From: Botryllus schlosseri
Taxonomy: Eukaryota
Direction: 5' to 3'
DNA length: 64,000 nucleotides
Assembly: GCA_051294905.1 (NCBI GenBank)
Contig: CM119371.1
Span: 36,830,001 to 36,894,000 of the forward strand
The notes beneath the pieces are model-generated. The model saw nothing but the letters and a program-made list of their open reading frames with translations, was not told the origin of the DNA and searched no databases. Shown here piece by piece: positions 25,789 through 37,400 of the stretch (within the stretch, counting starts at the first letter, position 1; every line of letters begins with the position of its first letter). The position numbers were made by a program, and so were the translations under genes.

Positions 25789-26813
25789 TCATTTCAAGCA
25801 CCAATTTGTGATCGCCGTGAGAGTCGTCTGTGTATCATTGCGTACCGTGTCGATGTTTAGCCCGGACTCGTAAAAACAAATGTCATCAGCGTATATGTTA
25901 AGTTTTGAGGCGATTTTATCAGGAAGGTCGTTCATCATCACAGCGAATAATAATGGCGAGAGAATACTTCCCTGGGCAATTCCATTGTCAGTATGGAAGA
26001 TTTCGGACAGGGTTGTACCCACGCGCACTCGAAATGTTCTCTGTTTCAGGAATGAGTGTATCCATCGTATTGCATTTCCTGAGATACCCATTTTGCGCAA
26101 TTTAAATAAGATAGCTCCTTGCCACGCCATGTCGTAGGCTTTCTCTAAATCGAGGAAGACCGATATTGTGTATCTCTTATTTGCGATAGCTTTGTAGACT
26201 TCGTCGTGTAGCGATAAGATGCAGTCTCGGGTACCGCGTCCTTTTCGAAACCCACTCTGTGCAGGGTGGAGGAGATTGTTACTTTCCAGATACCAAGTCA
26301 ACCGATTGCTAATCATACGCTCAAAGATTTTACATAAATCGCTTGTGAGCGAGATTGGTCTGTAACTGCTAACTTCGGAAGCGGGTTTTGCTTTTTTGTG
26401 AATCGGAACTACCACTGCGTGCTTCCAAGAAGGAGGGCATATGCCATCGCTCCAGGACTTGTTGATTATTCGGAGATATTCAATTGCGGTTCGTTGGGAC
26501 ACGTTTCGCATCATCTGGTGGCATATTCCATCATGGCCGGGCGACGCACCTTTTCTTTGACGGATTACCGTCATCAGTTCGTCCATTGTATACGGCGCGT
26601 TTATTCCAGTGTTCGACCCTATTTCCTGTAACAGCGGGGTCAGCTTATCAGCTTCAAACAAGTTGCGTCTAGTTTGCTCTACTTGTCCAAGGTTTTGGTT
26701 CCCACATACCGATGCGAAGTGCTTTCCAAGTGCGTTTGCTATCTGTTTTTCGTCAGTGAAAACGAGATTGTCGCTTTTCAGCGCAGTAATCACATTCCAG
26801 GATTGACTACCCC
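25789..26813 (-). pseudogene. LINE ORF2 middle part: reverse transcriptase
   Basis: Motifs SPGHDG, YRPISLTS, QSGFR, FLDLEKAYD, GIAQGSILSP and YADD. In frame with the EN part once E2 is removed. Ends at a premature TGA (likely TGG). Confidence 0.95.
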
Positions 26814-28290
26814 AGTAGTGAGGGTTGATCAAATTGGTACGCACCAATCACAGAACGCCACGTCATCCTAATTGCCACGCCTATATGACGCCCATTGTCA
26901 CGCCTACAGGATGCCCATTGCCACGTCACCTACCACTGCCACATCGTGTGTATTTATGAGCAAATTTCATTGTTTTGTGAATTTCAATACCGGTTTTCCA
27001 TGTATATTTAGCAATATGTATTGAATAACTTGAAATGTATCATCACTAATTAATTAATATAAAATGCGATTTTAAGCGCTGCGACTTGAAAATATTAATA
27101 TAATAACTTACTTTTTTGGATATAAATAACATTCAGATTACACATAAATTTCTAAAACTATGACGTCAATAGAATACTATATTTGCCAGATATTCACAGA
27201 TAACACTCATCAACGTTGAACTAGGCGCGGGGTTCTATGATGATATATCAAAATTCTACACATCATCACTAATTAATTAATTCATATAAAATGCGATTTT
27301 GAGCGCAGACAGATCGCGGTTTCGATTGCCGAGGTCTCCGCATTTCATGACCTTATATGAGCGCACACTACAACTGAATTCATTCCAATACCTGCAAATT
27401 TACTTTGCATGTCGAGTATAAGGATAATTTAATCAGCACTAAACGCCAACGGACTAGCCGTAGGCGCACAATTCTCGGCGTTACAATTAAACAAACTTTT
27501 CGCGGCAGGTACGCGATTCCCGACGTTATAATGATAGTGACAAATTAGCCGCATGAAAGCGAGTCTAATGAATATAACGACAGACAACAAGTTAGTTGAA
27601 AAGTAAAACTAATCGTGACCGATGCAAGACGACGTAAAACAGCGCTTTCGCTCGATTCTTGTAGTGACCACATTTCATACGATTCAGTCCTTTTCATGTC
27701 ACTAGAATAAGGGTGATTAAACCAACAGTGAAACGCCGCCGACGTCTTATAACGTAATAATGTAAGCTGCGTCGGGTGCTGCTATAATGTTAGGAGCGAA
27801 TATAGTAGAAAGTCCACGTCTGGACACCTATAAGCAAGTGTGCATACTACCGTAGTAAACGCATAACAGAATTCATGCAAAAGTCTATATTGCTTTGTGA
27901 TGATTTTGATGTTGTTCCATACCGATTGGGAAGATAGGACTCCTAATTTCCTTATCCCGGAACGTAGCAAGAAAAATCGTATAAATTTTGTAAAGTAGAT
28001 AGAAAACTACACTATTCCGATGCAGTAAAGACTCTTACATGCTGGATTTTGTGCAGTATATACTAATTTTACATTGCGGAGTATTCCATAAACGTTAATC
28101 CAGTGATCCTCCTTCTATTTTCAATCACGATCCGCTTATTATTCTAGGCTTCGAACCCCACACCCAGTACATTTTATGGGGATTAATATTTTTAGATTAA
28201 ATATAGCGTATCGAGACTTCGTGAAACTTACTCGGAAATAGTTATTTCTACCCTAATTTAATAGATTTCTCAGATATCGTAGCAACGGAA

Positions 28291-28372
28291 CTGGCTTCAG
28301 CGAGCGGTTAAGGCGTTGGACTTAAGTTTCAATGAACAAGTGTTCACATAGGTTCGAATCCCACACCCACTA
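28291..28372 (+). tRNA. Degenerate tRNA-Leu(UAA)-like sequence inside E2
   Basis: CGAGCGGTTAAGGCG D-arm, TTGGA-CTTAAGT-TTCAA anticodon arm, long variable arm GAACA..TGTTC and GGTTCGAATCC T-arm. The acceptor stem does not pair, so it is probably a pseudogene. Confidence 0.7.
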
Positions 28373-29696
28373 CGTTTACGAGAATTAATATTTTTAGATT
28401 CAAATTTAGCGTATTGAGTACTTTTTCTGCCTTTTTCAGCGCATTAGAGACGTTTACACTATTGATTTCATGAGCTTTACTTAAGTTTTATAAATTAACG
28501 TAAAAGTAGTCATTTCCGAGTAAGTAAAACGTTCGTATTGTAGGTTCATTTCTGCTTAATACTATAATTATCATGGAGTTGAAGCAGTCCAATATCAAAA
28601 ACACCCGAAAGTATTTGTTGCATATAGCTAAAATCCTAATTGAGTACTCTGAAGAAGTACAAGTAGCACAGTTTGTGGTATTTCTATGACATCGAAATTT
28701 AGCTAACCAGAACTTATACTTGAGTAGTCCGAAATGTACAAGTACTTTACCTTTACACGACGTTTCTGTAAAATGAATACTGATTTTATTAAAAATAAAA
28801 AAGCACGAAAAATTACATTTTATCCCAAACCATCAGAATACTAAAGTAGCTTATCGCGTATATGGAGCTAATACTAAAGTGTTTATGATTTCAGTTCGCT
28901 TCAACTTCATGACATTTTCAGTATTAAACAGAAGTATAGGCCTAGAATGCTAACTTTCTTCGTAAATTGCTACTTCTACCTTAATTTAACGGATTTATCT
29001 GAGATCATTGCTTTACTTAATCTCTCCAAAATGTGCATTATACTAGTACGTCACCATCGAATCCCTCTGGCTATAACTACCCGATAGTATAATTGAGCCA
29101 AATACTCGAGTACTAATTTTAAAGTAGCTTAGGTATCTAAATGAACCGACGGTCAGTAAACCATTTCGAAGTGCAAGTACAGGAATATCATAGTTCTTGA
29201 ACCGTGCTCAATGCTCAATAGACCATTTTTGCTATTTTTCATCGCCATAAGTCATTCTGGACCGCGTAAACGCATTGTACGTTATAGATGAAACTTATGC
29301 AAATCCCCGGAACGCAACAAGAAAAATCGTATGAATTTGTAAACTACTTATTCATGACATAATAATAATTCTACTTGTACACATTTTCACATTTTATAAC
29401 ACTTTAAGTAGTACTTGAAAGTTTTGTCAAGTTAACAGGTTAAAAACTTATACTTGAGCACTACGAAATGTACAAGTACTTTACCTTTACACGACGTTTT
29501 GTAAAATGAATACTAATTAAAAAATAAAAAATAAAAAAGAGCGAAAAATTACATGTTATCCCGGAACGCAACAAGAAAAATCGTAGGAATTTGTAAACTA
29601 CTTATTCGGTAAACTACTCTTTCCTTCACAAAACAAAGTTACAAAAGTAAGCAGATTTATATGAAAACCCGTTAAATAGAAGTAAAAGTAATAACA

Positions 29697-30245
29697 ATGC
29701 ATCATACCAAATTTGATCGCAATTTCATGATGCAATACCTTTAAAACTAACGCAGTTCTCTATACACTTTTGCGTAAATCTGTGTTTCGCTAGCGTAGCA
29801 CGTACCTATACATAGTAAGCTTCAATAACGGAATTACCATGCTAATAATCAAATCCCCCACCCTGAAACTCGGTACGCGGTTGTAGGACATTATGAAAAT
29901 ACAACATACCAAATTTCATCAGACATTTCATGATGTAACACCTTTAAAACCAACGCAGTTCTATACCGACTTTTGGCTAAATCTGTTATCCATAGCGCAG
30001 CACGTACCTATACATAGTCAACTTTAAAACGGAATTACCATGTTAATAATCGGCTCCCCACCTCGAAACTCGGTACGCAGTTGTAAGACATTATGACAAT
30101 GTACCATGTCAAATTTTGTTACGCATTTCATGATTGAACAACTTGAAAACTAACGCAGTTCTATACCGACATTTGCGTGAAACTGTTTTGCGGGAGCTTA
30201 GCGCATACCTATGCGTAGTCAACTTTAATGACGGAATTACAGATG
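29697..30245 (+). repeat. ~200-bp unit array in E2, mirrored at ~38596-39144
   Basis: Near-identical to 9855-10400. Confidence 0.85.
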
Positions 30246-32719
30246 TAATTAGGTTTCAACACTTTTACAACGATTCTTCTTGCTTCCTATAACATCACAC
30301 TCGAAGCCCTCGTTATTAGGCTATGATCTCAGCCTGAGCTATGTCTTGAAGCCTACGGACAATTTCATGATGCAATACCTTTAAAACTAACGCAGTTCTC
30401 TACACACTGATTAATTCTCCCTATGTTAATTTACCATAAGACAGACAATTTGACTCCTAAAGTCCGAAATACTTGTTCGCTTGAGCTAAGCCGCAGCGCC
30501 TGGAGTGGAATTTTATAGTTCTTGTAAAAAGTTGTTTATACACAATATATGTTTAAGGTAAGTCCTACGCATTCATGATTTCGTCCGAGTTTGTATTTTA
30601 GTAATATATACTAATACCGCGTTTGTAACTTGTGCAAGTAGGCCTACAGGAATATCATAGGTAAAGTCTCTGTCTTGCATTTAGTTGCCGGCTCTGAAAG
30701 CAAGCAAAGTTTGTGGTATTTGCGCAACATCGAAATTTGTACACTTCACGCGGGGCCTACGATACTTACGGCCTAATATGGCACATTACACTTGCTGGAT
30801 ATAAGAGGCCGACACTCCCAACCAGACATCACGACTGACTCAATGATTGCTTGCGATCTCACTTCTCGATACCAGACGCCTCGCCATACAAGTCTAATAA
30901 AGTATTATAACAGACAAAATTAGTTCTTTCAGATGAAACAACCCAATTAAGAGCCAAGTGACAGCGTCGCAATGTATTTAATCGTTCAGGTAGACTTGAA
31001 TCGTGATCCGGATCTCGTAACATAGTAAAATCGAGGTATGTAGTTTAATTACTCACTCACTACTCTATATGTTGGTGGTGGTCATACCCTGCAAACTTTT
31101 TTGCTGCGAACGTAGTGTTTCACCTTACATCAGTTGGTTCAATGTATGTACCGGGTTGTGAAAACTGTCGCTGTTTTGACTATGTGTCACAATCAATACT
31201 AAATACGAGAATTCGTTACTCGTCGAAACGCCGCAGTCAGACATCGTTAACAGCGATTCCGTGTATGGCAATCTTGAGTTCAATTGCGGTTTTGTGATGT
31301 TAACCAAGCGGCTGTGTTTCTGCGGTGTGAAGACTGAATTCGTGTTGTTTCCCTGCAAGAGTGCGATGTCTATTTCACACCTAGAGCAATTATAAAACGC
31401 ATCTTCGAAACTTTTGGTCTAGTTCATCCGCTTGCATTTCGAAACGGACCATCACGACAAGACTCTAACCCACCACATCCGAGGTTTCAGTTGATCATAT
31501 CGAAGAATATCATGTCCATCCGTGTTACCACCCACAGATTTCGCCATCCTCACACGGTAGTGCTAAGACACAGACAAGATGCGGTGGTGGAAATATTGAA
31601 AATGAGAAAGCAGACCTTGGTGTCATTTGATTTGGATTTTACACCCGATGAACCCACCATTCGAACTGCGCATTGGGATGAGGATTCTATCATTGATGTC
31701 GAGGGAAAGGAGATGTACAGATTTGTTGGTGTCGTGAATATTCAACGAAAGTCGGGGTATATGCTTGTGCATGGTTCGCGTATTTGACTGTGAAGATATC
31801 GCTATACATAACGTGCTGTTCACCGTATCGATAGCACCAACGAATATCCGTGAAAGGGTTGTAATCTCGGTGAAATAGTGTGCGACACATTTTTCCACAA
31901 TTCGAATGCATGTCGGTTCATACTAAGACCATGTTACGGTCAAATATGTGTGTTTTTCTGTCTCCAAGTCAGCTACCCCTCACATTGAATGTACAGAGTC
32001 GGTGCATGTATGAGACTTCAGAACATGAATTTGTAATCCATGATGCTTGTAATGCCGGCCATGATGTTATCCATGATGTATGTAATGTCACACACCTCGT
32101 TTACGCGAATACTTGGTATCTATGAACAATCGTGAAGTATACTGGATGTGTAATGTCTTGTTATTTTCATGGAAACACGAGGGTGTAACATGTTTGAATA
32201 TTGTTCATTGGTTTGTCGATTCAGAGTTAAAATACGTATTGACCAATAAAGAGTGACACAATATAGTAAACATGTGTGAGAAAACTCACAAGTAACCCGG
32301 ATTTGTTAGCGCGACGGGGACATAAATTCAACCATTATCCGTGTACCAAGCAGTTACCAAAGTCATGGAGGTTGCTAATTTCAACATATTGACTCTGTGG
32401 GAGGCTAAAGCACGAACCGGGACACACACAGACACACACACCAGGACACACAATATCCGTCGATTTCCAAAGCATACATTTCGATATACAAGAGCATATT
32501 GTTATTTCATGTGGTTAACCGTTGATATAGATGCGATGCGATCGACGCGGGTATACTCTGAAACCGGTTGTCCGTTTATATGAGAAAAGATGCTGTGAAG
32601 GACTTTAAAAAGCGGCAATTGAGCATAGTTGTGTCGAGTTACCGAATGATTTTTTCCTTACATCAAAACAACTAGAATGTGTAACTACATTAAACACGTA
32701 TCTAAATGAGCTCCAGGGC

Positions 32720-33735
32720 TTTGTGATTATGCAGCATACCAAATTGCATCACACATTTACATTTCATGATGGAATAACTTTAAAACTAACGCAGTTCTAT
32801 AGCAACTTTTGCCTACATCTGTTTCGCTAGCGTGTACATGTACATATACATAGTCAGCTTTAATACCAGAATTACCATGCTAATATGTGAATCCTCACCT
32901 TGAAACTTGGTACGTAGTTGTAGGACATTGTGATTATGCAGCATACGAAATTTCCTCACGCATTTCATAATGGAACAACTTTAAAACTAACGCGGCTCTA
33001 CATCGACATTTTGCGTACATCTGTTTTGTGAGGGGCGTATAGTACGTACCCAACTTTAATAACGGAATTACCATGCTTAACATTGAATCCCAACTCTAAA
33101 CTTGATACGTAGTTGTAGGAGATTATGGCAATGCACCATGCTAGATTTCATCATCACACATCTAATGATGGAACACCTTTGAAACTATCGCAGTCGAATA
33201 CCGACTTTTACGCATATCTGCTTTTCGTGAACACAGCATATACCCATACATAGTCAATTTTAATACCAGAATTAGTATGCTAAACATCAAATTCTCGCCT
33301 TGAACGTTGGTACGCAGTTGTAGGACATAATAAGAATGAACCATACCAAATTTCGTCACACATTTCATGATGTAACACCTTTAAAACCAACGCAGTTCTA
33401 TACAGACTTTTGGTTAAGTCTGTTTTTCCGTAGCGTAGCACGTACCTATGCATAGTCAACTTTAATAACGGAATTACCATGTTAATAATCGACTCCCAAC
33501 CTTGAAACTCGCTACACCGTTGTAAGACATTATGAAAATGCACCATGTCAAATTTTGTTACGCATTTCATGATTGAACAACTTTAAAACTAATCCAGTTC
33601 CATGCCGACTTTTGCGGGGGCGTAGCACGTACCTATGCATACTCAACTTTAATAACGGAATTACCGAGCTTAACATTGAATGCGCAACTTGAAGATCGGT
33701 TCACAGGTGTAGGACATTATGACAATGGAACATAC
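32720..33735 (+). repeat. ~200-bp unit array in E2 (~5 copies), mirrored at ~35106-36121
   Basis: Near-identical to 13255-14285. Confidence 0.85.
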
Positions 33736-34387
33736 CACTGCGCTAACTTTCAGAATTGTTAAGTATAGTACTCGCACTTTGTGAGAATACCCAAGTAGGT
33801 TTTTTGCCTACATGCACCAAATACTCTCAAGTCCTTATGATATTGGAGTACATCAACTTCATGATAGCTAGAGTATTGAACAGAAATGGACCTAGAGTAC
33901 TAACGTTTTACTTACTCGGAAATGACTACTTCTACCTTATTTTAAAGGATACCTCGTTCGAAGCGAAATTTATGTGGTTTTGGATAATATCCAAGATGTT
34001 GGCTCGCTTTGAAGGGTACTTCCTAAAACTCAAATATTGCGCAAAAGTACAATTAGGGATCTAAAAGTAACTAATATAGATGGTTATTTCCGTAGATAAC
34101 TTACCCTCTACTCAAGAGGTTTTTCAGGTGGAACTACCTACTTTTAGGACTGTGTATGTCAAAGTAGTTTGAGCTTACGTTTATATCACCTTGACAAGTG
34201 ACATTATCAGACATGAAAATGATATTATCACGTAATACCAGAAGTTAACACACGTCAATGTGTTTCGTAATTCAAGAGAAATTGGTTACTAAGAGAAGTA
34301 TATTCTTGTGTACACAATAGCGGAGAGAATATTTAAAATGTAGTAAGCAGGCCGATGGGTATTCATTGAGTTGTATAAGCATAAAAA

Positions 34388-34452
34388 CATTCCCGCGCGC
34401 TTCTAAACCCTGCCTAACCCTACCACCTAATCCTAAGACGCACGCGGGAATG
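34388..34452. other. Symmetry axis of E2: same GC stem plus 39-nt telomere-like loop (C-rich strand on +)
   Basis: Loop 34401-34439 TTCTAAACCCTGCCTAACCCTACCACCTAATCCTAAGAC is the reverse complement of the E1 loop minus one GGGTT, with one substitution. Confidence 0.9.
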
Positions 34453-37400
34453 TTTTTATGCTTATACAACTCAATGAATACCCATCGGCCTGCTTACTAC
34501 ATTTTAAATATTCTCTCCGCTATTGTGTACACAAGAATATACTTCTCTTAGTAACCAATTTCTCTTGAATTCCGAAACACATTGACGTGTGTTAACTTCT
34601 GGTATTACGTGATAATATCATTTTCATGTCTGATAATGTCACTTGTCAAGGTGATATAAACGTAAGCTCAAACTACTTTGACATACACAGTCCTAAAAGT
34701 AGGTAGTTCCACCTGAAAAACCTCTTGAGTAGAGGGTAAGTTATCTACGGAAATAACCATCTATATTAGTTACTTTTAGATCCCTAATTGTACTTTTGCG
34801 CAATATTTGAGTTTTAGGAAGTACCCTTCAAAGCGAGCCAACATCTTGGATATTATCCAAAACCACATAAATTTCGCTTCGAACGAGGTATCCTTTAAAA
34901 TAAGGTAGAAGTAGTCATTTCCGAGTAAGTAAAACGTTAGTACTCTAGGTCCATTTCTGTTCAATACTCTAGCTATCATGAAGTTGATGTACTCCAATAT
35001 CATAAGGACTTGAGAGTATTTGGTGCATGTAGGCAAAAAAACCTACTTGGGTATTCTCACAAAGTGCGAGTACTATACTTAACAATTCTGAAAGTTAGCG
35101 CAGTGGTATGTTCCATTGTCATAATGTCCTACACCTGTGAACCGATCTTCAAGTTGCTCATTCAATGTTAAGCTCGGTAATTCCGTTATTAAAGTTGAGT
35201 ATGCATAGGTACGTGCTACGCCCCCGCAAAAGTCGGCATGGAACTGGATTAGTTTTAAAGTTGTTCAATCATGAAATGCGTAACAAAATTTGACATGGTG
35301 CATTTTCATAATGTCTTACAACGGTGTAGCGAGTTTCAAGGTTGGGAGTCGATTATTAACATGGTAATTCCGTTATTAAAGTTGACTATGCATAGGTACG
35401 TGCTACGCTACGGAAAAACAGACTTAACCAAAAGTCTGTATAGAACTGCGTTGGTTTTAAAGGTGTTACATCATGAAATGTGTGACGAAATTTGGTATGG
35501 TTCATTCTTATTATGTCCTACAACTGCGTACCAACGTTCAAGGCGAGAATTTGATGTTTAGCATACTAATTCTGGTATTAAAATTGACTATGTATGGGTA
35601 TATGCTGTGTTCACGAAAAGCAGATATGCGTAAAAGTCGGTATTCGACTGCGATAGTTTCAAAGGTGTTCCATCATTAGATGTGTGATGATGAAATCTAG
35701 CATGGTGCATTGCCATAATCTCCTACAACTACGTATCAAGTTTAGAGTTGGGATTCAATGTTAAGCATGGTAATTCCGTTATTAAAGTTGGGTACGTACT
35801 ATACGCCCCTCACAAAACAGATGTACGCAAAATGTCGATGTAGAGCCGCGTTAGTTTTAAAGTTGTTCCATTATGAAATGCGTGAGGAAATTTCGTATGC
35901 TGCATAATCACAATGTCCTACAACTACGTACCAAGTTTCAAGGTGAGGATTCACATATTAGCATGGTAATTCTGGTATTAAAGCTGACTATGTATATGTA
36001 CATGTACACGCTAGCGAAACAGATGTAGGCAAAAGTTGCTATAGAACTGCGTTAGTTTTAAAGTTATTCCATCATGAAATGTAAATGTGTGATGCAATTT
36101 GGTATGCTGCATAATCACAAAGCCCTGGAGCTCATTTAGATACGTGCTTAATGTAGTTACACATTCTAGTTGTTTTGATGTAAGGAAAAAATCATTCGGT
36201 AACTCGACACAACTATGCTCAATTGCCGCTTTTTAAAGTCCTTCACAGCATCTTTTCTCATATAAACGGACAACCGGTTTCAGAGTATACCCGCGTCGAT
36301 CGCATCGCATCTATATCAACGGTTAACCACATGAAATAACAATATGCTCTTGTATATCGAAATGTATGCTTTGGAAATCGACGGATATTGTGTGTCCTGG
36401 TGTGTGTGTCTGTGTGTGTCCCGGTTCGTGCTTTAGCCTCCCACAGAGTCAATATGTTGAAATTAGCAACCTCCATGACTTTGGTAACTGCTTGGTACAC
36501 GGATAATGGTTGAATTTATGTCCCCGTCGCGCTAACAAATCCGGGTTACTTGTGAGTTTTCTCACACATGTTTACTATATTGTGTCACTCTTTATTGGTC
36601 AATACGTATTTCAACTCTGAATCGACAAACCAATGAACAATATTTAAACATGTTACACCCTCGTGTTTCCATGAAAATAACAAGACATTACACATCCAGT
36701 ATACTTCACGATTGTTCATAGATACCAAGTATTCGCGTAAACGAGGTGTGTGACATTACATACATCATGGATAACATCATGGCCGGCATTACAAGCATCA
36801 TGGATTACAAATTCATGTTCTGAAGTCTCATACATGCACCGACTCTGTACATTCAATGTGAGGGGTAGCTGACTTGGAGACAGAAAAACACACATATTTG
36901 ACCGTAACATGGTCTTAGTATGAACCGACATGCATTCGAATTGTGGAAAAATGTGTCGCACACTATTTCACCGAGATTACAACCCTTTCACGGATATTCG
37001 TTGGTGCTATCGATACGGTGAACAGCACGTTATGTATAGCGATATCTTCACAGTCAAATACGCGAACCATGCACAAGCATATACCCCGACTTTCGTTGAA
37101 TATTCACGACACCAACAAATCTGTACATCTCCTTTCCCTCGACATCAATGATAGAATCCTCATCCCAATGCGCAGTTCGAATGGTGGGTTCATCGGGTGT
37201 AAAATCCAAATCAAATGACACCAAGGTCTGCTTTCTCATTTTCAATATTTCCACCACCACATCTTGTCTGTGTCTTAGCACTACCGTGTGAGGATGGCGA
37301 AATCTGTGGGTGGTAACACGGATGGACATGATATTCTTCGATATGATCAACTGAAACCTCGGATGTGGTGGGTTAGAGTCTTGTCGTGATGGTCCGTTTC

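Noticed and set aside
25789..25791. Programmed read-through or selenocysteine at the ORF2 TGA
   Set aside because: The position corresponds to an expected Trp (W..KWG), so a TGG>TGA mutation is the simpler explanation. ORF1 also has a stop.
24270..26871. Plus-strand ORFs over the LINE (also 42126-44572)
   Set aside because: They are antisense shadows of ORF1 and ORF2 with no recognisable motifs.
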